Of a stretch of DNA of 64,000 nucleotides, positions 25,519-41,263 are shown in pieces. Origin of the DNA: Octopus vulgaris (lineage: Eukaryota); contig OX597819.1 of the NCBI GenBank assembly GCA_951406725.2, positions 44,516,001 to 44,580,000 on the forward strand. Direction: 5' to 3'. The position numbers and the translations under genes were made by a program. Each line of letters starts with the position of its first letter. The first letter of the stretch is position 1. The notes beneath the pieces were generated by a model. That model ran no database searches, was not told the origin of the DNA, and saw only the letters and a program-made list of their open reading frames with translations.

Positions 25519-27482
25519 TTATTGCTTATTTAGCTTGGGTTCGAATTTATCAATAAAATTCTTTTCTCTGATTTTCCTCTCGATTTCACTTGGGCTGTGT
25601 AATTTGTAGAATGGAAATATTATATATATTTTCCGACCACATGTTGCTAGGTGGTTACTCAAAGGTATCTGACGGACCTCTGGGTCTCTAATCTGTTGCC
25701 GGTGTACACGTGAGCGTTCTAATAGTGCGTTTCCCGTCTGACCTACATATATTTCTTCACAATTTGGGCATTTGATGCAGTAAATTAAATTTCTGCTTTT
25801 GCAGTTCATATTCGCGTTTGTGAATATTTTCCCGGTTTTTGTGTTTATATATTGACCGGTATGTATGAATTGGCATGTGCCACATCGGCTATCATTGCAT
25901 TTAGATACCGTGAATGTTTGGTCTTTGTTGCTGAGGTCAAATTTTGCCTTTGTTAGTAATGTTTTCAAGTTTTTAGGCTGTCTTTTACTAAGCACCATAG
26001 CTCGATCCTTGATTATGTCTTTTAATTCATTACTTTGGGCAATGATTGGTAGGTTTGCTTTGGCAATGTTGAAGATATTCTGGTGACATGGGTTGTGTGT
26101 CACTATGAATGGTATGACTTGTTCTTGTTTTCCTCTTCCTTGGGTTGTCCTAAGTTGTTGTATAGGTATTTTTATAGCCCGCTGTATGCCATTTTCTATA
26201 AGTAGAGATGGGTATTTTTGTTTGAGCAAAAATTCTCTTAGTTCTATTAGGCGTTTGTTCCTGATATTTGCATCTTCTACAATAGTACAAATTCTTCTGG
26301 CTAGGCAGTATGGGATGTTACGTTTTGTATGTGGTGGATGGCACGACTTAAAATTTAGGTATTGATGTGTGTCTGTGTGTTTATAGTATATATCTGTGGT
26401 GATGGTGGTGTCTTTTTTAATTACCATTATATCCAGGAATGGTAATTTGGTACTACTCATCTCCTTTGTAAATTTGAGAGATGGGTGTAGGTTGTTCAGG
26501 AGGATATTGAACTCTTCCAGAGTATTTAGAGATTCTGTCCAGATTATGAAACAGTCGTCTAGGTATCTCTTCCATGCCTTTTCAATATACTTTCTAAATC
26601 CAGTGCCATAGTTTACCTCCACCTCTTGGTAGAGTTGTTCTTCTAAGTATCCCATTACAGAGTTGGCGTAAACGGGAGCAAACCTCGTTCCCATCGCCGT
26701 GCCTCTAATTTGGATGTAATTCTTTCCATTGAAGAAGAATGTGTTATTTTCTAGAATAAGTTTGACTGTGTCTAATATAAATGGCACTGTGAATCTGCTG
26801 GGAATCACTTCTCTATGTTTTTCTAACCAGTATTTAATCGCCTTTATTCCTAAATCGTGTGGAATATTGGTGTAGAGGCTTACCACATCAAAACTTAGCA
26901 AAACTGAATTTGTTTCTGTTGTTTTGGGAAGATGGGACAGGAAGTCGATGTCATCCCTGATGAAACTTGGTATGTAAGTACATAGTGGTTTCAAAACAAT
27001 GTCAATAAAATTGCTTAGACGGTGTGTAGGGCATGCTGGACCAGCTATAATAGGTCTAAGTTTTAGGTCTTTTGGATGTAATAATTTTATGTACTCACTT
27101 TCTTGTTCTTTTACTGCCTGTTGAATGTTTTTTGATTTGTGTATTTTTGGTAAGCCGTAGAAGTTGCTGGGTTTTGGTTCAAAATTGGTGATGTAGTCTT
27201 TTTCATTATCCGTAAGTGAGTTGTGGTGTGTTGAAATCAGGTTGTTGATCTTTTTCATGATGTGGTGGTCTATATTTGCGGGTATTTCACAATAGAAGGT
27301 TGTATCCTTCAGTTGGTCTTCAACCAAATCCTTATAGTATTCGGTATCCATAATAACAATTGCACCACCTTTATCTGCTTGTTTAATTATTATTGTTTGA
27401 TCGTTTTGTATACGTTTACATGCAGACATCTCTGATTTGCTAATGTTTGGCCTAACATTGGTATTGCGTCTAAGGGGAAATT

Positions 27483-27483
<1 letters not shown>
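25519..27483 (-). CDS. Penelope-like reverse transcriptase / GIY-YIG endonuclease (N-terminally truncated, ~650 aa uninterrupted)
   Basis: [64 protein letters not shown], then CNDSRCGTC and [20 protein letters not shown]. The ORF portion 27484-27870 is microsatellite read-through. Confidence 0.93.
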
Positions 27484-27518
<35 letters not shown>

Positions 27519-27556
27519 CATAAATATATGTATATATATATGTATATATATATATG

Positions 27557-27607
<51 letters not shown>

Positions 27608-27608
27608 G

Positions 27609-27666
<58 letters not shown>

Positions 27667-28124
27667 CATATACACACATAAATATTTACATACACAATCT
27701 CTCTCTTCCACTCTCTCACTTTGTCTTTGTTTCTCTATTTTTCCCTCATTCTCGACCGAGCCCCCATGCACACATACACACACACACAGACACACACGCA
27801 CACGCACACACACAAGCGCACACACACATACACACACATACACACACACATACATGCGCTCATTGAACATCCATCGCGAACTCTAGATGAATCACGACGG
27901 GAAAAAAAACCTCATCGTTGTCACCCGTCTCACGAGTAAAAGAAATAGTAACCAAATTAATCTCAAATCACATTCTGTTATCTTAAAATTAAGAAAACCT
28001 GTCAGATATCGTAGTCTATGTTACTCGACGATGAGGAAATGATGCTCATGGTCTGAATGCCTTTGATCATGTGTCTGCTCGACTAGGTTTGAACCGGGGC
28101 TAAGCAACGACTGTATGTCATCCA

Positions 28125-30125
28125 CATTACCATTACAACTACCACCGTCATCATCAACATAAGATCACCAACTCCACCACCACCACCACCACGAACCTTC
28201 ACAAACACTGCCACCATAACCAATGCCGCCATCACCGACGCCACCATAACCAACACCTTCACCGGCTCAACTATACCCCATCACCACCACTACCACCACC
28301 ACCACCACCAGCAGCAGCAGCAGCACCGCCACCATAACCACCACCAGTACCACCTCCACCCCACCCCACCCTCACCAGCACCACCACCAGCACCACCACC
28401 ACCATCACCAGCACCACCTCCACCACCACCACCACCAGCACCACAAGCACCACAAGCACCAGCACCAGCACCACCAGCACCACCTCCTCCACCACCACCA
28501 CCAGCACCACCATCAACACCACCAGCACCACCAGCACCACCAGCACCACCAGCACCACCAGCACCAGCACCAGCACCACCAGCACCACCAGCACCACCAG
28601 CACCACCACCAGCATCACAAGCACCACTACCACCACAACCAAAACCACACCACCACCACCACCACAACCAAAACCACACCACCACCACCACCACCACCAC
28701 CACCACCACCACCACAACCACCACCACCACCACCACCACCACCACCAGCAGAACCACATCAAACTCCACTACCGCCTTCGCAATCACTACCACGACTATT
28801 ATTGAAGTGACCACCACCAGAGCCACAGCTACGACCACGGCCACAACTAAATAACTCTCAACCCTACAAATATTCACCGTCCAAACACTAACAAACACTA
28901 CAACGTACGTTCATCTCATACCTCCACAATCACCGCCACCGCTACTTCCACTCCATCATCACCTTCACCACCACCACCACCAACACCTCCACCGTCGCTG
29001 TCACCAACACCACCTCGACCAACACCACCACAGCCGCATCTACCACAACCACCAACACCAACACCGCCACCGCCACCGCCACCACCACCACCACCACCAC
29101 CACCACTAATACCACCACGCCCACCGCGACCACAACTACCATGACCATTACCACCAACATCACCGCCACCACCACAACCATCTTGTTCGTCTGACATTAC
29201 TATTGCTATCTACTCTCATCAACTTACACCCCCACTATTTCTACCAGCACCACTACACCGCCGTCACAACCACCGACTACGCCGCCCCCGCCTGCTCTTA
29301 CTACCATACTTGCAGGCGCCATTCCATAACCAACGCTACTACGTCTACTACCAAAACCACCACCGCTAACATCTGTATCACCGTCCCCAATACAGCCTGT
29401 CACCACTACTACCACCACTACTATCACCACCACCACCACCACCACCATCACTAAACTCACCCCCACCACTATCCCCCGATGAGCACCATCACCACCACCA
29501 CCAACGCGTTTATCACCACTTCCACCACGGCCAACATCACCACCACCATCACCACCACTATCACCACCACCACCACCACCACCACCACCACCACTACCGT
29601 CACCACCACCACCACCACCACCACCACCACCACCACCACCACCACCACTACCAGTAGTATCAAAACCAGCGTCTCTCTTATTCGCCTTCCTATACTTGAA
29701 CCAATACTACCACAAACGCTACCAGTACCACCACGATCCATACCACTACTACCAGCTCTGGCACCAACACGCCATCAACACCAGAACCACCGCCATCGAC
29801 CCCCCACAACCATCAGCATCTCAACCACCACTCCAGTAGCAGCAGCTCTGCTACCAACCACTCTACTATCGCCACAACTACAACCACTACTATCACCTCC
29901 ACCTTCAGCATCTACACCACATTCCCCAACACCGCCCGTCCTAACTACCACAGCTATCACCGCAGCCACCACCACCACCACTACCGCCTCCTCTGCCACT
30001 ACCATCATCACCACTACCACCACTACCGTCGCCGCCGCCACCAAAATCACCACCACCACCACCACCACCATCACCACCATCACTACCACCACCACCAACA
30101 CCACCACCAACAACAACACCACCAA
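28125..30125. repeat. ~2-kb strand-biased (CAC/ACC)n and (CCAGCA)n low-complexity tract
   Basis: Directly visible. Confidence 0.95.
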
Positions 30126-30434
30126 ATTGGCGTGGCCTTAGTAATATCTGATTTATGATGTAAAATTATTTTATTATTTTATTTACTGAGAAAGTTGAAC
30201 GCTATAAATAGACTGCAAATTATAGACGAAGCTAAGTAATTAGCTATCGGTTTTAATGAAAAGAATAATTAATAGGCATCACTATATAATTACAGTCTTA
30301 ATCATCGATAAATATCGATTAAATCGTACACGAGCTTGCAGACTTATTAGTAACAATGTAAAAACTTCTCATATCTCACACTTTGGGTCTGTATTCTGTG
30401 TAACTTCAAGTCTGTCAGTCTCCATGTCTATTCC

Positions 30435-30462
30435 ATATACATACATACATACATACAAAGAT

Positions 30463-30518
<56 letters not shown>

Positions 30519-30602
30519 GTGTATAAATGTATGTATGTATATGTATATATATTTATATATACACATATGTATATATACATATATACGTACATATATATAT
30601 TC

Positions 30603-30633
<31 letters not shown>

Positions 30634-30644
30634 CACATACATAC

Positions 30645-30679
<35 letters not shown>

Positions 30680-31059
30680 CACGTCTGTGTGTTTGCGTGC
30701 GTGTATTTCTGTGTATACAGAGAAGTGTATGCCTGGATTTCCGTCAGTTTATAGGTTTTCTTGCATATAGAGTTGTATACATGTGTGTATGTGAGTACGG
30801 AGGTTTGACTACATATGCACGTGTGCATGTATGCGACTATGTTTGTATTTATGTTTACAATTGGCGTTATATATATATATATATATGTATATTTTCATTT
30901 TATGTATGTACGCATTTATGTACATATGTACTTATTTATTTGTATATGCATTTGCATATGGGGTTATAAAAATGCATACATAGTTATACATATGTATATA
31001 TGTGTGGATATATGAAATATATTCACGCATATATATCTATATATATAAATACATATATA

Positions 31060-31158
<99 letters not shown>

Positions 31159-31314
31159 ACATATATATATATGTATATATATATAGATATATGTATACAT
31201 ATATATATATATATATGAATATATATATATATGCATATATATATAAAAATATAAGTATATATATGTATACATATGTATAGATATAAATATATATACAATG
31301 TATGTGTATCTGTG

Positions 31315-31364
<50 letters not shown>

Positions 31365-31395
31365 TATATATAAGATATATATATATATATATATG
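30435..31395. repeat. (TA)n-rich compound microsatellite
   Basis: Directly visible. Confidence 0.95.
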
Positions 31396-31399
31396 TATA

Positions 31400-31612
31400 T
31401 TTTTTAAATTATAAATTAGGGTATATACGAGATACCACCATACTGAAAATAGCAGCCATGATCTGACTCTAAAACTTCCTTAATTTTCCATATCTCAACA
31501 CGGAGAGAAAACGAGACAAGATGAAACTAGTAAAAAATTACTGGATAATTCTAGATTTTTGGCTTTGCATTTAGGAATGCTTTGCCTCGTCAGTGATCCT
31601 GTATTCTACTGA
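31400..31612 (-). mobile_element. Short PLE-like pLTR fragment in (TA)n with a degenerate hammerhead (31543-31599)
   Basis: Minus strand GGATCA-CTGACGA-GGC-AAAGCATT..AATGCAAA-GCC-AAAA(for GAAA)-ATCTAGA-ATTATCC. Confidence 0.6.
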
Positions 31613-31619
31613 CATATAT

Positions 31620-31681
<62 letters not shown>

Positions 31682-31744
31682 TATGGGTGTGTGAGTGTGT
31701 GTGTGTGTGTGTGTATATGTATGTATATATATATATATAGTATA

Positions 31745-31932
31745 TGAAGGCAGGTGGTGTACAAACAAACAGATGTATTAGTATAGCGCTCAGGAATAGA
31801 AAAAGTCTTTTACGTTTCGAGCCTACGCTCTTCTAGAGAAAGATACACAGAAAAAAACAAGGAGAGAAAAAAAGTGTGTAGTAGCTAACGATCTATCATG
31901 GCATCTGACTTCGGACAGAATGGTCAGACGAG
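31745..31932 (-). mobile_element. Short PLE-like fragment in (TA)n with a variant hammerhead-like fold (31806-31843)
   Basis: Minus strand TCTTT-CTCTAGAA-GAGC(GTAG)GCTC-GAAACGTA-AAAGA. Confidence 0.5.
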
Positions 31933-31954
31933 TATATATATATATATATTAACT

Positions 31955-32455
31955 TAGATACAACTTAGATATGTTTCATCCAAAGACTGGTCCAGGACAT
32001 GTCTAACTTAATTCCACCGCCTGATAAGATTATCTAAATCTTTTTAAAGTCAACTTATGTGGTATCATGTTCCATTCAAGTAGGGCGTTCGTGTTGAGTG
32101 AGTTGTATACAGGTATAGATGGCTTATCTGCTATTCGTTGAAAAATTTATTCCTGATTCCGTTAAAAGGAGTTGGGATCACTTTCCACTTTGATCAGTTT
32201 GGGGACAATGTTGAATAGGGTAGGTCTGTTGAGGAAAAGAAATTGTGTTGCAATGTTGTGATCCTGTCGCAGTATTGTGATATGTTGTGATCCTGAATTG
32301 GGTAGTAGACGTATGGCCTAGCCTTGGATGAACCTTGAAGCTAATGCTGGCGGTATATTCTCAACATCGTGCAAATGTTGTACCGCTCGCGGCAACGCTG
32401 GAGGGAGTAAAGTTTCAAGGCTTTAAGGCGATCCCAGTAACCGAGATCAGTCATG
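31955..32455 (-). mobile_element. Old CR1-type LINE 3' fragment (distinct family)
   Basis: LGYWDRLKALKLYSLQRCRERY. Confidence 0.75.
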
Positions 32456-33227
32456 CCTTTAATTCGTTTATATGTAGAAGATTGAAAAGGAACATAAGAG
32501 TTTATATATATGGAAATATGTTAAGGTAGAAAATGTTAAGATAATTTTATAAAAAATATTTCCGTACTGGTTGAGCGGTTTTCAACTGTAAGTATGGAAA
32601 ATAATTAAATTTTGGTAAAATTAAATCAAAAGTTTTAAAAAGAATATTTGCATGGTATTCAAATACAAGGGGCATTTTCCTTGTTTCTTCCTGTCTCTGT
32701 CCCTCTTGTTTACTCTTGCGAGACCTCGAACCCACAAGAGTTGCTGAAAAATGACGAAAGGCGATCAATTGTTTTTCTTCCACTTCCTTCCTAAATATAA
32801 GACGTACTTTTACCTGTCTCTTCTCATAGCTCGTCTTTCTAGCGTTCATAATTTTTCACATCGTCTTGACTTCACAGCCCTCACCTTTTGTTTTTACTGT
32901 CTTGTTCTCACTGTCCTGTTCTTGTTACCACTTTCACCCTCCGAAAAATATCCCAAATTTTATTTTATTTGCTTTGCGGGAAGGTCTGTTTCAACGAAGT
33001 CGCGTATTGTCCTTACCTCCTTTTTACTGCTATTTACTCTATATTGTTTTTGTACTTTATTGATTTTTAGAAAAAGGTCTTTATAGTATATGTCTTCTAT
33101 ATCATCTTTCATTATTGAATTGTTTAATAGAGGATTTTGTCTAAATTATATACATATATTATATATTGTGAAATTTGATTTAGAATTGCTAAATTGAATT
33201 CTCCCTGTAAGTTTGGAATTATATTCC

Positions 33228-33313
<86 letters not shown>

Positions 33314-33354
33314 GCTGTTGTTGTTGTTGTTATTATTATTATCATTATTATTAT

Positions 33355-33419
<65 letters not shown>

Positions 33420-33422
33420 ATC

Positions 33423-33475
<53 letters not shown>

Positions 33476-33610
33476 ATATATATATATATATATATATGAT
33501 ATATATATATATATGATATATATATATATATGATATATATATATATATAATATGATATATATATATGTATATATATATATATTATATATTATATATATAT
33601 ATATATATAT
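33228..33610. repeat. Compound microsatellite (TTA/TTG/TA/TCTA)
   Basis: Directly visible. Confidence 0.95.
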
Positions 33611-36370
33611 GATTGATTGATTGATTGATTCTAGTTTCAGCTCATGAGCTGTGGCCATGCTGGGGCACCGCCATTTGGTGTTGCCACTTGGTTTTACTTC
33701 ACGAAAGCTTTTTAGCAACTGCTATTTGGTGCATGAGAGAGTTCGATGCAGCTGCCCTCATCTGTACCTCCTACCGTGAAGTTGGTTCATCTGGGACACC
33801 TGACAGGAAGAGATCCAGTTTCATTTTAAAGACATCTGCATCCACCCCATGCAGGTCTCTCAGGTTCTTCGGGAGGATATTGAAGAGCTGTGGGCCTCGG
33901 AAGCCCAGGCTATCACAGTATCTTGTCCTACATCTTGATGGCAAATTTGGAGTCCTAGGCACCACGCAGTGGCGCCCAGTTCTGGCATTTGTGTAACTCT
34001 CAATGCCAAAGTTTGGGACACGTCCCTCCAGGATCTTCCAGATGTATATTATGGCATATCTTTTCCGCCTGCGCTCCAAGGAATATAGTTTTAATCTCTT
34101 GAGTCGTTCCCAGTAGCTTACATTCTGCATAGAGGCTATCTTCTTCGTGTAGCTACGCTGGATCGCCTCGAGCTCTGTGATCAACTTGACACTGGATGGT
34201 GACCATAACTGAGAGCAATAGTCAAAGTGGCTTAGGACAAGTGTCCTCCAGAGGACCACCATGGTTTCTTGTTCTCTTGTTCTAAAGGTTCTGAGAATCC
34301 ATCCGTCCAGTCGTCTACATTTCATTGCCAATTTAGCAACATGTACACGAAAGGTCGCGTCATCACTCATGTGAATACCCAGGTCACGCACTGATTGTGC
34401 CTCTAAGATTGCAATCCATCCGGGTCCAGTGTATTCATTGGGTATTGCATTCAGTTTTGCATGCTGATAGCATAAAGCTTGAAACATTTCAGCATTGAAC
34501 TGCATGCTATTCTTTTCAGCCCACTTGAATATTTTGTCCAGCTCACATTGCAGGTGCTTAGTGTCTTCAGGGTTCTGTATTGCCTGTGAAACTTTTGTAT
34601 CATCTGCATAACTTGTGATCGTGGCTCTCTGCGTGGCTGAGGGCATGTCTGAGAGGGCCATTATTAAGAGTAGTGGTCCCAAAACAGTGCCCTGCGGAAC
34701 ACCGCTCACTATTTGCGTGTTAATGGAAGTGGCCCCATTGGCTACTACCACCTGACTTCTATCCTTCAGAAAGTCATGAAGCCATTCTCCCAATTTTCCA
34801 ACTATGCCAAGATCACGCAGTTTGTGACATATCATTCGATGATCGACTTTATTAAAGGCCTTTGCAAAGTCGAGATATATCACTTCCACATTTGAGTGGT
34901 TGAGCAGTCGTTTCAGCACCCAGTCATAGTGTTGTAGGAGCTGAGTTAAGCAGCTTCTTCCTGGTCGGAAACCATGTTGGGTGTCAGGCAGCAAGTCATT
35001 TTCTTCAAGGAAGGTGATTAGTTTCCTTCTGACTATTCGTTCCATGACCTTGCTGATGTGTGAGGTCAGAGAGATAGGTCTGTAGTTCTTGGCCTCCGCT
35101 CTGCTACCTCCTTTATGAATAGGGCATATTTTACCTTCCTTCAGTTTTCTTGGAAGTTTGCCAGTTGCAAGTCAGCTCTGAAAGAGAGACTGCAGTGGTC
35201 TTGCTAGGACTCTCTTACATACTTTCAGAAGGATTGCCGGGAATCCATCGGGGCCAGTAGCTGAGTTTGTTTTCATCTCATCTATAGCCTTTATTACATC
35301 TTCTTCCTTTATATTTATGTAATCAATCATCGCCGCCTCCGACCCCATATCTGCAATGGTGAAGAAGTCAGTTGGATTGGTGATTTGGAAATGCCCAAGG
35401 GGTGGGGTGAAAACACTCTTGAATTGCTCATTTAGTATTTCAATTACCCTCATTGGATTTCCTGTGAGTGTGCCATCCCTTTCAAGGAGTGGCCCTATCC
35501 TACAGTGCACCGTAGCTGTTTCTTTGGCATACCTGTTGAAAGCTCTGGGGTTAGATTTTATGTTGTCTATAGCCCAGGCTTCTTTGTCTGCTCTTTCGTT
35601 TTCATGGGAGAGTTGCTGACAATTTTCAATTTCCAACAGTTTCGTATTCAGGCGGGACTTTTCACTGCTTTCAATTTGTTTGTTTAGGCGATTTGAGATT
35701 TTTGTACGCCGTCTCATTAGAATTTTCCTCTCTCTGGGGATTTTGTTCTTGTGTACAGTGGCCTTTCTCTCTGGGACACATTTGTAGCATATGGCTTGCA
35801 TTACAGACATGAATTGTTGAAGTTTCATGTCGATGTCTGGCGAGGAGAGACATTTAGGCCAGTTTTGTTTGAGGATCAGTTTCTCAATTTGTTTCCAGTT
35901 TGCCTTATTGAAGTTCAAGCTGGAAAGATTCTGAGAGTTTCTTGTAGGCTGCATGTCCATGCTTTTCTTTGGCCCGTACATGGTCAGCTCTACCATGTTG
36001 TGATCCGAGAGTAGTGTCGGTGTCACTTTCACATTATGGATGAGATCCATATTATTTGTGAAGCAGAGATCCAGTGTGTTACCTGCCCTGGTTGGTTGGA
36101 GTATTACCTGCTCCATGTACAGGGTGTTGATGAGGTTCAGGAGGGACCTCGCCTGTCCTCGTTCACATCGTGTCATTCCTGGAAGAGAAAGGCCCTCGGA
36201 CCATCTGACATTGGGTAGATTGAAGTCTCCCATGAGAAGTACACTTATGTGTTGTTCTAGGGTGACTAGAACTTCTTCTATTTTTATAAGGCAGTCTTCA
36301 AACTTGCCCATATGGCTTGGGGCATCTGGAGGGCGATATGTAACACACACAACTACACCAAGTTGCCTTG
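33611..36370 (-). mobile_element. CR1-type LINE, 5'-truncated within the APE domain, flanked by (TA)n on both sides
   Basis: Continuous reading frame from partial APE (YRPP, GDFNLP, LDL, SDH) to RT (YRPISLTS, QHGFRPGRSC, GVPQGTVLGP, YADDTK, LYSLERRR). 3' tail ends in (AATC)n. Confidence 0.96.
33699..36368 (-). pseudogene. CR1 ORF2 (APE-RT) with two in-frame nonsense codons
   Basis: ORFs 35172-36350 and 33771-35045 are in the same frame (FQS*LATGKLPRKLKEGKICPIHKGG...). The TAG at 33771 corresponds to Gln in the 18652 copy (PTSRQEV). Confidence 0.9.
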
Positions 36371-37813
<1,443 letters not shown>

Positions 37814-37884
37814 TGTGTATATGTATGAATACACACTCTCTCACTCTCTCTCTCTCTCTCACACACACACGAACACATATATAT

Positions 37885-38083
37885 TAGATATAAAAATACA
37901 AAATGGGATAAGAATGCAAAACATCAAGACAGTTGGGTGATACAAAAAAGGAACAACAAAACATCCAGATAGACGATACAAAGAAAATGAGGGCGGGTAA
38001 TTCGGAGTTCTCTTTCCTCAGTCGAGTTCTAGAATATCTCTGCAATTTCGGCTGGTTAAACTTGAGATTGCCTCAATCTGGCC
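37885..38083 (-). mobile_element. Short interspersed repeat in TA tracts (related copies 17135-17280 + and 58933-59012 +); possibly PLE terminal fragments
   Basis: Shared CAGCCGAAATTGC...GACTGAnGA...CGAATnnCCCG.CC...GTATCGTCT...GTTCTTGTCCCA blocks. Confidence 0.6.
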
Positions 38084-38123
<40 letters not shown>

Positions 38124-38170
38124 GTATGGAAGTATATATGTATACATATATATATAGGTATGTATAAGTA

Positions 38171-38210
<40 letters not shown>

Positions 38211-38390
38211 AAAATATATGTGTACATATATATACATATAAATAAATATGGACATATATAGACAAATATATATGTACGCATATATACATATAGATATATA
38301 TGTACCTATATATATATATATAAACGTATATATTATACACATTGATATATATACATATATACACAAATATACACATGCATATATATACAT

Positions 38391-38428
<38 letters not shown>

Positions 38429-39245
38429 GCTTATGTGCGTGTGTATGTGTAAAGTCCTTCATTCTGCTTTCCCCATCTCGTTGTTTCTCTTTCTCTCTCC
38501 ACGTCTTCTCATATTCCCATCCTTCCTTTCTCATTCATGCTTTAACTTATCTATAAATTAATTTTTCTTTTGGTGCTTGGGCCATATTTAAATTTTTGTA
38601 CTTGTCTTCTCATACAGTCTATCCAACAAATACTATACTTTCAAAGCTGTGATAAATTTTGATCTAATCACAGCGCTATATTTATTTTGGTTGATTGTTT
38701 GGATTTGCCTTCTAATATCTTCCAAACTCTCCTTTTACTTCATTTTTGTCTGATGATCGGAAACGTCCAACTTGCCGTAGCATTATAGTGATTAGCGATA
38801 ACCTCAGCTTCTACTATATCTTGATATTTCATTAATATTATTTTTGTAATCATTGCTCTGTTTTCATTGGTATATAAGTAACCCGAAATACATATTCTTC
38901 GCATAAATGAAAGATGCACGAAATATCTACTCTGATGAATTTCCACTACGACATTTTTAATCAACACATTGTGTCATTCTGTACACGCAATAATTTTCAT
39001 GCGCTGTGGTACAGAGAAAATTGCAGTGGATAAAATAATTTGTACTAAATCCAGTCTTTCTTTTTTCCATACATTATATTTACTCACTGGATACATAAAG
39101 TTCTTGCACCAGTGTACTTAGAATCACTCCACAGTTCAACTAATGAGATTGCAGACAGAAATTCATGACGAGTGCTACATTTGGAATATACCGATTTTCT
39201 ACCCTGTCATGATCTACTCTGCTGGTTTCTCTCCTTCTCCCCGTC

Positions 39246-39616
<371 letters not shown>

Positions 39617-39617
39617 T

Positions 39618-39672
<55 letters not shown>

Positions 39673-39681
39673 GTAATAATG

Positions 39682-39745
<64 letters not shown>

Positions 39746-41263
39746 GCAAGAACAAACATACAAATATTTAGGGATAAATGAAGGCTCTGGTATTCAGCAT
39801 GCAAGCATGAAAGAGAAGATCAGGAAGGAATGTTATAGGAGAGTTCGTGCAGTCCTGAAATCTGAACTAAATGCACGTAACAAGGTGTTAGCTATAAATT
39901 CCTTAGCAGTTCTAGTTGTTACTTATAGCTACAATGTGTTGAACTAGAATATGAGTGAAGTAAAGAATATAGATAGGAAAATACGCAAGCTGCTGAGTTG
40001 TAATAGGATGCACCACCCAAAGGCAGACGTAGATCGCCTTTACCTTCCCAGAGCCCAAGGAGGTCGAGGCCTGATACAGTTTGAACTAGCTTACAAAACA
40101 ACCACAATTGGACTGGCCAAATATCTCGAAATAACGAATGACTGGATGCTAAAGCTCGTGGAATATCACGAGAGACGAAAGAAGCTTCATTCTATCATAA
40201 AGGAAAGCTATTGATCTCGTGCAGGATACCCAAACTGAACAACCCGAGGGAAGTACGGCAACTATTGTTGCAAAGAAGGTAAAAATAATGGCAACGAAAA
40301 AAGCGCACGAGCAATTGGCTGATAGGTGGGAGGAGAAACCTCTGCACGGAAAATATGTGGCCCGCAGCAAACAAGCTGATGTTGACCAGAAGCAAACCCA
40401 TCAGTGGCTATGGAGCTCAGGGCTAAAAGCAGAGAGCAAAGGTTTCATCCTGGCTGCTCAAGATCAAAGCCTATCAACCCGGAACTACCAGGCCAATGTG
40501 ATGAAAATGGAGCAGACCCAAAATGCCGATTCTGCAACGACATGATTGAAACAGTGGACCACCTAATCTCTGGATGTAAAGTCTTAGCACCAGTGGAGTA
40601 TAAATTAAGACATGACAGAGTTGGCCAATATCTACACTGGCTAATAAGTCGGCATTACAATATCAAAACTGCCGACAAGTGGTATAATCACCACCCTGAG
40701 GTTGTAACTGAAGGAGAAAATGTAATCATTCTGTGGGACTTTCCAGTACATACAGACCGAACCATCAAGGCCAATAAACCAGATATTGTTGTGAAAGACC
40801 AAAACAATAAAGTTTGCTTATTGATCGACATGAGCATCCCCTGTGATCATAATATCTCAGCGAAAGAGTTTGACAAGCTCAGAAAATATAAAGACCTACT
40901 CATTGAAATTGAGAAAATGTGGCATCTCAAGGCGGTTACAATACCAGTGATCGTAGGAGCACTAGGAATGATCAAGAAGGGAACCGAAAATTATATGAGA
41001 ATGATCCCTGGCTTACCATCCCTGCAAGAAGTGCAAAAGATTGTCTTAACTGGTACATCACACGTATTGAGAAGAGCATTGTCGATGTGAGAACTGTTGC
41101 TGCTCATGTATTTTAATTTAACTTAAAAAGAAAAAAAAAAATGAACGAACTATTGAGTATGGTTTAATGGCCTACCAATGTATACTATGAGTTTCTTTGC
41201 CCTAGGAGTCGGGAAGACACTCGGCAAGAAATGGAAGCAAATTTGAAAGAAGAAGAAAAAAAA

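Larger units (their letters stand above)
24846..27483 (-). mobile_element. Penelope-like element, 5'-truncated, with 3' pLTR region, flanked by (TA)n
   Basis: RT plus GIY-YIG ORF followed by ~670 nt of 3' sequence containing a hammerhead motif. Confidence 0.93.

Noticed and set aside
27484-27870. N-terminal ~130 aa of the 783-aa ORF
   Set aside because: Microsatellite read-through upstream of the truncated PLE, not part of the protein.
28271-29741. Gly/Val/Trp-rich minus-strand ORFs resembling structural proteins
   Set aside because: All frames are open because of the (GGT)n repeat. No signal peptide or splice context evident.
35172-35174. In-frame TGA in CR1 ORF2 as programmed readthrough or selenocysteine
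   Set aside because: The copy is 5'-truncated and has a second nonsense change at 33771. Ordinary decay is simpler.
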